A stretch of DNA of 64,000 nucleotides from the NCBI RefSeq assembly GCF_009914755.1, contig NC_060928.1. One strand, 5' to 3'. This DNA comes from the human T2T-CHM13v2.0 reference genome, Homo sapiens. The position numbers were made by a program, and so were the translations under genes. Below the pieces are notes generated by a model. The model saw nothing but the letters and a program-made list of their open reading frames with translations, ran no database searches and was not told the origin of the DNA. This document shows positions 36,012-51,000 of the stretch, piece after piece (the stretch's first letter is position 1; each line of letters opens with the position of its first letter).

Positions 36012-38414
36012 CCAGTAATGGGATTGCTGGGTCAAATGGTATTTCTAGTTCTAGATCCTTGAGGAATCACCACACTGTCTTCCACAATGGTTGAACTAAT
36101 TTACACTCCCATCAGCAGTGGAAAAGCATTCCTGTTTCTCCATATCCTCTCCAGCATCTGTTGTTTCCTGACTTTTTAATGGTCACCATTCTAACTGGTG
36201 TGAGATGGTATCTCATTGTGGTCGTGACTGGCATTTCTCTCATGACCAGTGATGATGAGCTTTTTTCATGTTTGTTGGCCGCATAAATGTCTTCTTTTGA
36301 GAAGTGTCTGTTCATATCCTTTGCCCACTTTTTGATGGGGATTGTTTGTTCTTTTCTGGTAAATTTGTTTAAGTTCTTTGTAGATTCTGGATATTAGCTG
36401 TTTGTCAGATGAGTAGATTGCAAAAATTTTCTCTCATTCTGTAGGTTACCTGGTCACTCTGATGAGAGTTTCTTTTGCTGTGCAGAAGCTTTTTACTTTA
36501 ATTAGATCCCATTTGTCAATTTTGGCTTTTGTTGCCATTGCTTTTGGTGTTTTAGACATGAAGTCTTTGCCCATGCCTATGTCCAGAATGGTATTGCCTG
36601 GGTTTTCTTCTAGGATTTTTATGGTTTTAGGTCTTACATTTAAGTCTTTAATCCATCTTGAGTTAATTTTTGTATAAGGTGTAAGGAAGGGGTCCAGTTT
36701 CAGTTTTCTGCATATGGTTAGCCAGTTTTCCCAACACTATTTATTAAATAGGGAATCCTTTCCTCATTGCTTGTTTTTCTCAGGGTTGTCAAAGATCAGA
36801 TGGTTGTAGATGTGTGATGTTATTTCTGAGGCCTCTTGTTCTGTTCCATTGGTTTATATATCTGTTTTGGTTCTAGTACCATGTTGTTTTGGTTACTGTA
36901 GCCTTGTAGTATAGCTTGAAGTCAGGTAGCGTGATGCTTCCAGCTTTGTTCTTTTTGCTTAGGATTGTCTTGGCTATGCGGGCTCCTTTTGGGGCTCTTT
37001 TTGGTTTCATATGAAGTTTAAAGTAGTTTTGTACAATTCTGTGGAGAAAGTCGATAGCTTGATGGGGATAGTATTGAAACTATCAATTACTTTGGGCAGT
37101 ATGGCCATTTTCACGATATTGATTCTTTCTATCCATGAGCATGGAGTGTTTTTCCATTTGTTTGTGTCCTCTCATATTTCCTTGAGCAGTGGTTTGTAGC
37201 TCTCTTTGAAGAGGTCCTTCACATCCCTTGTAAGTTGTATTCCTAGGTATCTTATTCCCTTAGTAGAAATTGTGAATGGGAGTTCACTCATGATTTGGCT
37301 CTCTGTTTGTCTGTTACTGGTGTATAGGAATGCTTGTGATTTTTGCACATTGATTTTGTATCCTGAGACTTTGCTAAAGTTGCTTATCAGCTTAAGGAGA
37401 TTTTGGGCTAAGACGGTGAGGTTTTCTACATATACAGTCATGTCATCTGCAGAGACAATTTGACTTCCTCTTTCCCTAGTTGAATACCATTTATTTATTT
37501 CTCTTGCCTGATTGCCTTGGCCAGAACTTCCAATACTATGTGGCATAGGAGTGGTGAGAGAGGGCATCCTTGTCTTATGCCAGTTTTCAAAGGGAATGCT
37601 TCCAGTTTTTGCCCATTCAGTATGATATTGGCTGTGGGTTTGTCATAAATAGCTGTTATTATTTTGAGGTACGTTTCATCGATACCTAGTTTATTGACAG
37701 TTTTTAGCATGAAGTGGTGTTGAGTTTTGACGAAGGCCTTTTCTACATCTATTCAAATAATTATGTAGTTTTTGTCATTGGTTCTGTTCATGTGATGGAT
37801 TATGTTTATTTATTTGTATATATTTAACCAGCCTTACATCCCAGGGATGAAGCCAACTTGTTCGTGGTGGGTAAGTTTTTTGATATGCTGCTGGATTCAG
37901 TTTGCCAGTATTTTATTGAGGATTTTTGCATCAATGTTCATCAGGGATATTGGCCTGAAATTTTCTTTTTTTGTTGTGTCTCTGCCAGGTTTTGGTATCA
38001 GGATGATGCTGGCCTCATAAAATGAGTTAGGGAGGAGTCCCTCTTTTTCTATTGTTTGGAATAATTTCAGAAGGAATGGTACCAGCTCCTCTATGTACCT
38101 CTGGTGGAATTCGGCTGTGAATCTGTCTGGTCCTGGACTTTTTTTGGCTGGTAGGCTATTAATTACTGCCTCAATTTCAGGACTTGTTATTGGTCTATTC
38201 AGTGATTTGACCTCTTCCTGGTTTAGACTTGGGCGGGTGTATGTGTCCAGGAATTAATTCATTTCTTCTAGATTTTATAGTTTATTTGCATAGAGGTGTT
38301 TATAGTATTCTCTGATGGTAGTTTGTATTTCAGTGGGATCAGTGGTGATATGCCCTTCTTCATTTTTTCTTGCATCTATTTGATTCTTCTCTCTTTTCTT
38401 CTTTATTAGTTTGG

Positions 38415-39350
38415 CTAGTGGTCTATATATTTGGTTGGTCTTTTCAGAAAAACAGCTCCTGTATTCTTTGATTTTTTCAAGAGTTTTTTGTGTCTCTGTC
38501 TCTTCAGTTCTGCTCTGATCTTAGTTATTTCTTGTCTTCTGCTAGCTTTTGAATTCATTTGCTCTTGCTTCTCTAGTTTTTTTAATTTTGATGTTAGGGT
38601 GTCAATTTTAGATCTTTCCTGCTTTCTCTTGTGGGCATTTAGTGCTATAAATTTATCTCTACACACTGCTTTAAATGTGTCCCAGAGATTCTGATAGGTT
38701 GTGTCTTTTTTATCATTGGTTTCAAATAACATCTTTATTTCTGCCCTCATTTCGTTATTTACCCAGTAGTCATTCAGGAGCAGGTTGTTCAGTTTCCATG
38801 TAGCTGTGCCGTTTTGAGTGAGTTTCTTAATCCTGAGTTCTAATTTGACTGAACAGTGGCCCGAGAGACTGTTTGTTAAGATTTCCATTCTTTTGCATTT
38901 GCTGAAGAGTGTTTTACTTCCAATTATGTCGTTAAATTTAGAATAAGTGTGATGAGGTGCTGAGAAGTATGTATATTCTGTTGATTTGGGGTGGAGAGTT
39001 CTGTAGATGTCTATTAGGGCCGCTTGGTGCAGAGCTGAGTTCAAATCCTGAATACCCTTGTTAATTTTCTGTCTGGTTGATCTGTCTAATGTTGACAGTG
39101 GGGTGTTAAAGTCTCCCATTATTATTGTTTGGGAGTCTAAGTCTCTTTGTAGGTTTCTGAGAACTTGCTTAATGAATCTGGGTGCTCCTGTATTGGGTGC
39201 ATATATAGTTAGGATAGTTAGCTCTTCTTGTTGCATTGATCCCTTTACCATTATATAATGCCCTTTTTTGTCTCTTTTGATGTTTGTTGGCTTTAAGTCT
39301 GTTTTATCAGAGATTAGGATTGCAACTCCTGCTTTTTTTTTGCTTTCCAT
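38415..39350 (-). pseudogene. L1 ORF2p endonuclease/linker fragment (311 aa, disrupted)
   Basis: IYAPN and GDFNTPL motifs present; SKIDH is SKFND and SDH is SGH; the RT region downstream is broken. Confidence 0.9.
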
Positions 39351-39636
39351 TTGCTTGGTAAATATTTCTTCATCCCTTTATTTTGAGCCTATGTGTGTCT
39401 TTGCATGTGAGATGGGTCTCCTGAATACACCACACCGACGGTTCTTGACTCTTTATCCAATTTGCCAGTCTGTGTCTTTCAATTGGGGCATTTAGCCCAT
39501 TTACATTTAAGGTTAATATTGTTATGTGTGACTTTGATCCTGTCATTATGATGCTAGCTGGTTATTTTACCTCTTAGTTGATGCAGTTTCTTCATAGTGT
39601 CGATGGCCTTTACAATTCGGTATGTTTTTGCAGTGT

Positions 39637-40695
39637 CTAGTACCACTTGTTCCTTTCCATGTTTAGTGCTTCCTTCAGGAGCTCTTTTAAGGCAAGCCTG
39701 GTGGTGACAAAACCTCTCTGTATTTGCTTGTCTGTAAAGAACTTTATTTCTCCTTTGCTTATGAAACTTAGTTTGGCAGGATATGAAGTTCTGGGTTGAA
39801 AATTATTTTCTTTAAGAAATGTTGAATATAGGTCCTCACTCTCTTCTGGCTTGTAGGGTTTCTGCAGAGAGATCACTGTTAGTCTGATGGGCTTCCCTTT
39901 GTGGGTAACCCAACCTTTCTCTCTGGCTGCCCTTAACATTTTTTCCTTCATTTCAACCTTGGTGAATCTGACAATTTTGTGTCTTGCGGTTTCTCTTCTC
40001 AAGGAGTATCTTTGTGGTGTTCTCTGTATTTCCTGAATTTGAATGTTGACCTGTCTTGCTAGGTTGGGGAATTTCTCCTGGATAATATCCTGAAGAGTGT
40101 TTTCCAACTTGCTTCCATGCTCCCTGTCACTTTCACGTACACCAATCAAACATAGATTTGGTCTTTTCACATAGTCCCATGTTTCTTGCAGACTTTGTTC
40201 ATTCCTTTTTATTCTTTTTTCTCTAATCTTGTCTTCTTGCTTTATTACATTAAGTTGATCTTCTATCTCTGATATCCTTTCTTCTGCTTGATTGATTTGG
40301 CTATTGATACTTGTGTATGCTTTACGAAGTTCTCATGCTGTGTTTTTCATCTCCATCAGGTCATTTATTTTCTTCTCTAAACTGGTTATTCTTGTTAGTA
40401 ATTCCTCTAACCTTTTTTCAAGGTCCTTAGCTTCCTTGCATTATGTCAGAACATGCTCCTTTAGCTTGGAGGAGTTTGTTATTACCCACCTTCTGAAGTC
40501 TACTTCTGTCAGTTTGTCAAACTTTTTCTCTGTCCAGTTTTGTTCCCTTGCTGGCGAGGAGTTGTGATCCTTTGGAGGAGAAGGGGCGATCTGGTTTTTG
40601 GAATTTTCAGCATTTTTGTACTTGTTTCTCCCCATCCTCATGCATTTATTTACCTTTGGTCTTTGATGTTGGTGACCTTCAGACAGGGTCTCCAA
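39637..40695 (-). pseudogene. L1 ORF1p remnants (frameshifted)
   Basis: KRPNLCLIGV...FPNLARQVNIQIQEIQRTP, YPAKLSF, LKELLKEALNME; N-terminal SPPKDHNSSPAREQNW. Confidence 0.9.
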
Positions 40696-41997
40696 GTGTA
40701 CATGCTATTCCTTTCTGTTTGTTAATTTTCCTTCAAACAATCAGGCCCCTCTCCTGCAGGTCTGCTAGAGTTTGCTGGAGATCCATTCCAGACCCTGTTT
40801 GCCTGGGTATCACCAGTGGAGGCTGCAGAACAGCAAATTTTGCTGCCTGTTCTTTCCTCTGGAAGCTTCGTCCCAGAGGGACACATGCCAGATGCCAGCT
40901 AGAGCTCTCCTGTATGATCTGTCTGTTGGCCCCTACTGGGAGGTGTCTCCCAGTAAGGATACATGGGGGTCAGGGACCCACTTGAGGAGGCAGTCTGACC
41001 CTTAGCAGAGCTTGAATGCTCTGCTGGGAGGGCCACTGCTCTCTTCAGAGCCATCAAGCAGGGACGTTTAAGTCTGCTAAAGCTGTGCCCACAGCTGCCC
41101 CTTCCCCCAGGTGCTCTGTCCCAGGGACATAGGGATTTTATTCATAAGTCCCTGACTGGGGCTGCTGCCTTTTTTTCAGAGATGCCCTTCCCAGACAGGA
41201 GCAATGTAGAGAGGCAATCTGGCCACAGTGGCCTTGTTGAGCTGTGGTGGGCTCCGCCCAGTTCAAACTTCAACTGTGAGAGTAAAACTGCCTACTCAAG
41301 CCTAAGTGATGGTGCACTCCCCTCCCCCCAACAAGCTCGAGCATCCCAGGTTGGTCTCAGAATGCTGCTGTGCTGGCAGCTAGAATTTCAAGCCAGTGGA
41401 TTTTAGTTTGCTGAGCTCTGTTGGGGTGGCACCTGACGAGACAGACCACTTGGCTCCCTGGCTTCAGCCCCCTTTCCAGGGGAGTGAACAGTTCTGTCTC
41501 ACTGGCATTCCAGGCACCACTGGGGTATGGGAAAAAAAACCTCCTGCAGCTAGTTCGGTGTCTGCCCAAACGGCTGCCCACTTTTTTGCTTGAAACCCAG
41601 GGCCCTGGTGGCATAGGCACCAGAAGGAATCTCCTGGTCTGCGGGTTGCGAAGACCATGGGAAAAGTGCAGTATCTGGGCTGGAGTGCAGGGTTCCTTAG
41701 GCTCAGTCCCTCACGGCTTCCCTTGCGTAGGGGAGAGAATTCCCCAACCCCTTGTGCTCCCCAGGTGAGGTGATGGCCCACCCTGCTTCAGCTTACCCTC
41801 TGTGGGCTGCACCCACTGTCCAACCAGTCCCAGTGAGATGAACCAGGCACCTCAGTTGGAAATGCCGAAATCACCCGCCTTCTGTGTTGATCTCGCTAGG
41901 AGCTGCAGCCCGGAGCTGTTCCTATTTGGCCATCTTGCCAGCAATCTCCACTAAAATTAAACTATAAAAAAAGTCTGTGTTTTAACATGATACAAAA

Positions 41998-42350
<353 letters not shown>

Positions 42351-42479
42351 CTAACATTTTATCTTCATGTTATACTGTTGTTAGAAGGGACAAATTATTG
42401 GCATTAATTTTTTAATGCTCAGATTTGAATCTGCTCTGATTGCCTATAGTTGAAGAGCAACAGTGGTTTTTAAAACACA

Positions 42480-43215
42480 AGTATTCATTTATTCCAAAAA
42501 TATTTATTGAATGTATACATTATTACAGTAACTGTTTTGTGCATTACAGATGTAGCTCAGAACAACATGGAGAAGCAAAGGAGGAGAACCAAGAAAAACT
42601 GGCATCTTAGCAGAATGTATTTCAAGAAATAGAGGGTGATAAACTAACAAAATGATGGTAATAGATCTGGTAAAATAAACACCGAGGATTAACCGTGGAA
42701 TTTAATACAGTGGTGATTATCAGTGACCTTGACAATGTTATTAGGGGAGTGGTGGTGGCAAGTGATGATTGGAGAGAGTTCAAGAGAGAACAGAAGGACA
42801 GGAAGTAGAAACAAGTATTGACAATTCTTTTGAAGATTTATTGTGAGGGAAGATGGGGAAAAAAGCTTATTATCTGCAGAAGGGTGTAAGATCAGAGAAG
42901 AGTTTATGGTTTAAGATGGGAGATGTTAATGCATGATTTATCCTTAAGCCATGATTCATATGTGGAAGCAAAGACTGTAATGATGTAGAAAGCTCAAAAT
43001 TGTAGGAGCATTGCCATTGAGTTTGCTCTTAGGATCCAAATCACACTTTGGAGTGATTGCCTACTGCATCTAGAGTGCAGGTGGAATATATAAACATTAA
43101 TACAGGTTCATTGGCTGCTTTGGTGTTTGGCATAAGAGGGAAGATGGGAAGATCTCTGATTGATTGCTTTGTTTTTGCAGTGAAATAAAAATAATGTCCT
43201 CATCTGAGAGTGAAT
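42480..43215 (-). mobile_element. L2 relic
   Basis: attcatttattccaaaaatatttattgaatg tail; cagtgaccttgaca...ggagtggtgg. Confidence 0.6.
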
Positions 43216-45456
43216 AAAGTGAATGAATAAGTAACTGAATGAACAAATACTAAATCAAGGATGGGTGTTAAATAATGCAATAAATTTTGAAAACAGAGTA
43301 TTACAATATGAGCCATATATAAAGTGCTGATAAATGCAAAGCAAGAATATTATCAATTTGATCATTAAAAATTAAAAAAAGAATATTATCAATTGAATTA
43401 AAATATAAGTCTCTCCTAAACATAATAAACCTTTTAAATATAGAATTTCAACAAAATGAAAGCTCAAATAATTAACTAGTCTATGATAGACAATGATAAT
43501 CCCAATGTTTACAATGCTGATTGACCCTGACATACATAAGATTCTCAAGAGCTTTATGATTCAATGAGTTTAGTCTGTACAATTAAACTATTGTATATTC
43601 TATTCTATTAAAAATTGTGTTAAGTCCATGACTAGCAATTCTCTGCTATTTAAGGCTATAAAAATGTTCCCATGAGAGAGAGAGTATTTGGAAATAAGGC
43701 TCAGTTACTGAGGTGAATCTTTCCGTGTCTCTCAGAAGTGAGTCTCAAACAAGGCAAAGATTTCAGTTTTGAACCTGCAAGTCACTGAATTTACATTATC
43801 ATTATGAATCACGTTTAAAAATATATGGTATTTTGGAAAAAAAAATCTTTGTTAGTTAAGAAGAAGAAATAGAGGAAAGAAGGAAGAAAAAATACCCTGA
43901 GACCTCACAAAAGGAAATTTTTATTAACATGTTGGTAAAATAGTAATGTTGAAGTGTGTTTTCTGTGTATGGCTTATCTTGTTCCTATGCCTCATTTCTG
44001 CTCAATTAAGTGCAGTGTTTGGTAGGACTTGTAATTCTTGAAATGCTCCACATATTAATGATCACTGAAAAGCTTATTCCTGCTATCTTTGCTTTTCCAC
44101 TTCTAACAAATATCTTTTGAAAATGGCCACGCTGAAGACCTAAACCTTTGAGCGTACAACTGCATTACTCACTGATGGCTAATGAAGGAGACAAAAATAG
44201 AAAAAGCAAAACAAAAAATTAATGGCATATGATTTTATAAGATATAGTATTATATTCCATAGGATATTTTAATTTGTGTATGGTATAGTAGAAAAATACC
44301 AAACTAAGTTTGAATATTGATTCTGTCACTAACTAATCCTGTGTCCTTGAAAGAATCTTTTTACCTCTCTTAAAATATGTATCTTCATATTAAAGTGTAA
44401 TGATATCTAGCTCAAAATATACATGCAGGTAATAAGTGAAATCTTGTCATGTGTGTAACTGTTTCTGATACACTTTGGTACCTTTGATTTTGTTTTTCAT
44501 TGTGGCAAAATTTACATGCAGTGAAATGGATAAATCTTAAGTATACAAATCAAGAAGCTTCAATAAATTCATAAAAACTATAACCAACTCCTAAATGAAA
44601 TATAGAATATTTTCATGACTCCAGAAATTTTTCTCATGCACTTTTCCAGTCAATACTCACCATTATATGAAAATATTGTTTTAATTTCTGTCCCTACAGT
44701 TTATATTGGTCTATTTTGGCATTTCACAGTAACACAATAAGTGGAATGAAACAGTATGTACTCTTTTACGTTTGAATTCTTTTGACACAAACACACACAT
44801 GCACATATGTGTGTATGTTTACATATATCAAGAGAAGCCAAATATGTGTGTGCATTTATATTTATGTATTATATATAAATGCACATATGAGTAGCTCATC
44901 CCCTTTGATTTTTGATTAGCATACTCATAATTATATTTTTATTTTTGATATATTCTCCTGTTTTTGAGAAATTGAGTTTTCTTTTTTGAGATATAATAAA
45001 CACAGTTGCTATGATTCATTCAGTGGCCAGCGTTTTCCATTTTCTTGGGTAAATACCTAGTAATGGAATTGCTCAGGAAAAGTCTACATGTATGTTGTCT
45101 TTTATAAGATATTGCTAATATATTTTCTATATCCTTGCCCAACATTTGTTATTGTCGATCTTTAAAATTTTAGTCATTTTCATGGTTGTTAAATATTATT
45201 ATATTATGGTTTTAATTTTATTTTTCCTGATGTCCAATGATGCTGAGAATGTTTCCTACACTTATTGATAATTTGTATATCATTTTTTGTGAAGTGTCTA
45301 TTGAAATATCTGGATGTTATTTGTTAAATTTTACTTTTTATTATTGATTCATAGGAATTATTTATATATTCTGGATAAAAGTTATTTTTCAGAGGCATGG
45401 ATTATAACTGGTTATTTCTAGTTTGTGACTTGCCTTTTCATATTCTTAATGATATT

Positions 45457-45605
45457 TTCTTCCTTTCATTCCTCCTTTTCCTTCCTTCTTCCTTCCTTCC
45501 TCCTTCCTTCTTTCCTTCTTTATTCCTTCTTTCTCTCTCTTTTTCTCCTTCCTTTCATTCTTTCCTCTTTCCTCTTTCTCTCTTCCTCTTTTTTCTTTCT
45601 TGTAT
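45457..45605. repeat. (TTCC/TTTC)n pyrimidine tract
   Basis: cttccttcttccttccttcctccttccttctttcc... Confidence 0.9.
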
Positions 45606-46808
45606 TTTTTTATGAGCAAGCGTAGCAATAATTTTAAATTGTAATTTTGGTCTTGAGAAATCTTTGCTCATACTAAGATCACAAAAAAATTCTACATTTA
45701 CTCCTGGAGTCTTTACAGTTTTACATGTAGGACTATGATCTATCTCAAATTAATTTTTGCTCATGGGATGGAGACTGGACTTGAGTTAATTCTCTTACAT
45801 GTTTATCTTATTGTTCCACAATGACTTTTTGTAAACACTATACTTTCCATAATTGAATTATCTTAGTATCTTGTTGAAAATAATTAATGTGTTGATCTAT
45901 ATGTGGACTCTATTATATTCAACTGATTTGTCTGTCTGTAATTGCATGTGACATGCTGTCTTTAAAAATGTGTCTTTTTACTAAATTTTGAAATTAGGTA
46001 ATGTGGGTACTCAAACTTTGTCCCTGCTTTTAAAGATTATTTTAACTACTACAGGTCCTTTGCATGTTAGTATACTTTTGAGAATGTACTTTTTATAGTG
46101 TTATTTTCTACAAAAACTCTCAGGATTGCATTGAATCTATAGACCAGTTTGAGGAGAAATGATATTGTAGCAGTATTAAGATTTCCAATTTATTAAGTGG
46201 TAGATATTTTATTTGTCTTTAATTTCTATCAGCAGTGTTCCATAATTTTCAGTTCCAATGTAGAGTTTTTGTAAGCTTTTAACTAAGTTAGTTCTAAGTA
46301 TGTTTTTAAATATTATTTTAAAATTTCCATTTGCGATGGACAATTGTTTTTGTATATTGGTCTTTGCAAACTTCATAAACTTATTTATCTTTGTCATTAC
46401 TTTTATAGATTCCTTAGGATTTTCTGTGTAATCAGATATGTTGTCTGTGAGTAGAGACAATTTTATTCTTCTCAATATGTAGAACTTTTATTTTTTTCTT
46501 CATTTATTTCAGGAATTAGAAACTCTAGAACAATTCTGAGTAGAACAGCTAGGAGTAGACAGCCATTATTATCTTGTTCTGAATATCAGAAGGAACGTGT
46601 TCCCTCGTTCACCACTGAACATAATGTTACCCTTATTTTTTTGTGTCAGTGCCCTTTATCAAATTGAGGAAATTCCCTTTTATGCCTGCATTGCTGAGAA
46701 TTTTTATGTCTTAAATTTTGCAAAATAATTTTTATGCTAAAAATAGAAAATAATGTAATCTTTCTCCTTGATTCTGTTCATGTGATGGTTATATTTATTG
46801 ATTTTTTG

Positions 46809-46875
46809 AATGCTAAACCAGCCTTCTGTCCTAATGCTAAACCAGCCTTCTGTCTCAATGCTAAACCAGCCTTCT
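46809..46875. repeat. 24-bp tandem triplication
   Basis: aatgctaaaccagccttct at 46809, 46833 and 46857. Confidence 0.95.
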
Positions 46876-46982
46876 ATAATATCTTCACTATCTTGAGATA
46901 AATTCCACTTAGTCATGATAAATTATCATTTATATAGTGATGGATCGATTATTTCAATTCTTCGTTAAAAAATTGTATTTCT

Positions 46983-47131
46983 GGCCAGACGCAGTGGCTC
47001 ACGCCTGTAATCCCAGCACTTTGGGAGGCCAAGGTGCATGGATCACGAGGTCAGGAGATTGAGACCATCCTGGCTAACACAGTGAAACCCCCTTCTCTAC
47101 TAAAAATACAAAAAATTAGCCGAGCGTGGTG
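46983..47131 (+). mobile_element. 3'-truncated AluY/Sc (left arm only)
   Basis: ggatcacgaggtcaggagattgagaccatcctggctaac; stops at agccgagcgtggtg with no tail. Confidence 0.9.
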
Positions 47132-47432
47132 ATTATACTGAACTTGTAAAACAAATAAGTCTTAAAGGGTTTCCTGCTTCTCTACTTGTGGAAGAAATTG
47201 TTTAGTACTTCCTTTATTTTCTTTTTAAATGCTGAATAGAATTTCCCTAAAAGATATTCTGGGCCTGTGATTCTCTTTGGGGGATGTTTTCTTTTATAAA
47301 ATAAATTAAATTTGGTAAATAGATGTAAGGCAATACCAATTTTTAATTTATTATTGTACTTGTTTTGTTGTAAAATTTATTACTATAAATGTTTTCACAA
47401 TTTAATTGTTATTCAGGGTTGTTATGTTGTAT

Positions 47433-48031
47433 ACATTAGCCATAAACCCTGTGTTAGCAAATACTGAGCCATTGTTTCTAGGGTACATGCAGGGTTAGGT
47501 TCTTACAAGCCTCTAGTCACATTTTCATCAACTAATGAATACATAAATATATTTTTAAGTGTTTTTGTCAAAAGACAGATTATTTAATATATAGTTGGTT
47601 CATTAATGTTGAACTCATCACCTATATCATTATAACTCATACCTGAATGAAGCTTATCTAACATAAATATTTTCTCTATAAGGCACATCACATCTTTGTT
47701 CTTAAGAATGCTAGACAACCAGAACTAAGCGTGAAAGCCATTTAAAAAGTGAAATTGCTAACAAAAAGTACAAAAAAGCAAAAATATATGGCACCAAATT
47801 GACCCACCAAAAGAACACTTGTTTGCAGTATGAGAGCTAAAATAAGAAGACAGAATATTGTCTTGTTTAACCTCAGCTGGAATGTGCAGGTTGGTTGACT
47901 CCTATTTTCACTGCTCTGTCCATGTCTGAATTATCATGGGGGGCTGTAAGTATAGGTTTGGGGTTACAAATAAATTTTAACACAGAAGTGAATTCACAAA
48001 TATACATCCACAAATAATGAAGATGAAATGT
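47433..48031 (-). mobile_element. MER82 (Tigger-type DNA transposon)
   Basis: acctcagctggaatgtgc...ggggttacaaataaatttta...gaattcacaaatat. Confidence 0.75.
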
Positions 48032-51000
48032 ATTCTCATTAGCCCTCTCTTCGTTCCATTTACTACAGATGTGTTTTCTCTCTTTTTTTAAAAAAATATA
48101 TTTTTAGGGGTTCAAATGACCGAAATATGGCTTTGTTAATATATTCCTTTATATGTCCAATTTCTGTGTTTGATTTTGAAAATCTTCATTATCTTTTACT
48201 TTCTTCTTATTTTGTGTTCAGTTGCTCTTATTTCAATAGAGTTTCGAGTTAGAAATTTAGTTTTCTAAAACACTTCTTGTGTTGTAACCTCAGCATATAA
48301 ATATTTATTTTAGTAGTCTCCTAGATCAAATCCACACATTTTGATATGTTGCATTTTAGATAGAATTAATTTTAAAGTATTTTCCATCTTCCCTTGTGAT
48401 TGATTTCACCCATGGATTATTTAGAAGTATATTATTTAAGTTTAAATGTTTGGGAAATCCTAAAACACCTTGTTATTGATTTCAAATTTAATTCACTGTG
48501 GTCATATAAGATACTTCTTACAATTTAATCATTTAAATTTAATAAGATATTTGTAGTTCAGCATTGTTCTATAAAAGTCATGCCACTTGGTATTATTATT
48601 TAAGTATTATATACATTTATTGACTTTGCATCATATTGTTTATCAATTGTCAAAATAAGGTCTTAAACTATCCCACTGTAATTGTGAATTTGTCTGCATC
48701 TTTCATGTAACTCAAGATTCTGTTATTAGTTGATGCTTATTTAGGATGATTATGCCCCTTTGGCGAATTGCTCTTTTATTCACATTAATGTCCCTCTCAC
48801 CCCTTGTAATATTTCTCATTTTCAATTTAAGTTTTCCTTATAGAAATGTATGCATTCTGGGTTTCTTTTTATTAATATTTGCATAGAATATATTTTTCTA
48901 TCTTATATTTAACCAACTCTGTCCTATTTAAAGCAAATATCTTATAGAAACAGTTTCTTCCTTGTTCAATTCAGTGTGATAATCTCTGCCTTTTGTTAGA
49001 TATGTTGAAATTTATTATAATTATTTTTGTAGCTGCATTTAGTTCTACTAGTCTGTTTTTTTATATTTGTCATGATTCTGCTTTTCTCTTCTTCGTTTGC
49101 TGCCTTTTATCTGGTAACTATTATTTTGAGTCCATTTTAATCTATTTTCTTTTAATTCTAGTTTTTGTATTTTTAGTGGTGGTCTAGGTATCACAATACA
49201 TATTCATAATTTATCAGTCTACTCAGAGCTCATATTGTAACAGGAATGTAAAAATGCAAGACTCATGCAGTAGATCCAATATTAGTGATACTGTTATTTA
49301 CGTCTATTATAATATAATATAATATAATAAGTATGGGTTTATATATAACTCCACATTACAATGTTGTAATGTTAAACTGTTACTTGTTTTAATAATAAAG
49401 AGGATAAGGATGGTATTTGTATATTTTTTATATTTATTCATACATTTTCTATTTCTTCTTTCTTGTAAATCTGAGATTATACTTTGTGCCATTTTATTTC
49501 AGCTTCAAGAACTTCATTTAGATTTTTTTTTTGATACTTTAGGCCTTATAAGGTTAGAGTCTCTCTGGTCATGTTTACCTAAACATATCTTAATCTTTGT
49601 TTTGGAAAGTATTTAATATATATGTATATTATATATATGTTAATAAAATGTGTGTGTGTGTATATATATATGTTTTCTTTCAGTATATTATATATATCAT
49701 ATCACTGACTTATTTCCTTTCTGTTTTTAATGATAATTTAGCCAGCATTATTATGAATATTCTCCATTTTGTAAAGTGTCTTTTTTTTCTTTAGCACATT
49801 TCACAATTTTTATCATGTTTGGCTTTCTGCAGTTTGGCTATGATGTTGCCAGATATGGGTTTATTTGTATTATAAAGACTGGAGTTATCTGAGCTTCTTA
49901 GATATGTAAGTTATATATTCTATTATCTCTTCAAATATTATGATTATTATTTTACATTTCTATTGTCTTCTTCTGAATATATATTACACATATCTTCATT
50001 TGATTGTTTTCTCAATTTTATTTCTCTCTGTTTTCTATATTGCAGATGTTTTTTAACTTCTTTATATTTCTTCTGTCTCTCTCTTTTTCCTTCTCTTTCA
50101 ACTTTAATATTCTCTTAAGATTGTGAATTTTTAAATTTAAATATTATACTTCCTATCCTAGAATTTCCACTTTCTTTTTATAATTTCCATTTATCTGTAG
50201 AAATTATTTATCTGTTTGATTATTATGACCAGATTTTCTTGTAATTCCTTGAACATTTTATAATAGCTGCTTTAAAGTTCATGCTTTCAGTCTAACATCT
50301 ATGTTATCTAAGGTTTTATTTCTTTGTGCTACTTCCTTTCTTTGCTACAGGTTAAATTTTCCAATAGTTTCTTCTTATGTTTATTCATTCTTTCTCCACA
50401 AGTTTATTCTTTTTTATGCTATCTGGACGATTTATTTTAGGCACTGGTTTCTGTCACCTTCCTGTGAAAAATTTGTGCTCAAAATAGTAGTTAAATAACT
50501 GGATGACTACCTTAATTCCTGAAGTTTTGGTTTGATGGTTTCTTAAAGCAGGTCTGTATTTATTTTGCCCTTAATCCCACAGTAAATTTCTTAGACTTGC
50601 GCAACAGGAATGGCCATTCTTGGATATCAGTGGAAAATCCAACATGTTTACCAAATAGCTAATGTGTACCAATTTCTGTCTCTCTAGTGCTGAGTGGCAA
50701 CATATTGCTTTTTGTTGCAGTCCTTGAAGTCTCCAACATGCATGTACAGTTTCTTGAACTTTTATATACAGGTTTTAGGGTTGCCAACTGTGTGTTTTCC
50801 TTTTTTCAGTTTTATCAAAAGTCTGGCAGCCCCAAACTTTGTCTTGTGTTACCTCAACTTAATAAATCTGTGACCATTTTTCTTTAATTTTAGCTTCCCT
50901 ATACCATTCAGATTTGGGAATGCCCTCAGGGGAAAATATGTATAAACATAGATCTAATTCAATGCAGTTTCTTTCTTTCAAGAGTCAAATTCCCCTTAGT

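Larger units (their letters stand above)
35341..41950 (-). mobile_element. Full-length L1PA7/8-like LINE-1 (~6.6 kb), inactivated
   Basis: 3' end ccatggtggtttgctgcacccatcaacc; ORF2 and ORF1 fragments in the correct order; ~1.25-kb 5' UTR ending cctatttggccatcttg. Confidence 0.95.

Noticed and set aside
38415-39350. Longest ORF (311 aa) as a functional or domesticated endonuclease
   Set aside because: It lacks the endonuclease N-terminus, catalytic motifs are altered (SKFND, SGH), and it is part of an ordinary decayed L1
40540-41781. Many overlapping ORFs in GC-richer DNA
   Set aside because: L1 5' UTR sequence; GC content makes stop codons sparse
46809-46875. Repeat with CRISPR-like unit length
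   Set aside because: Head-to-tail tandem duplication of L1 sequence with no unique spacers and no cas genes, in eukaryotic DNA
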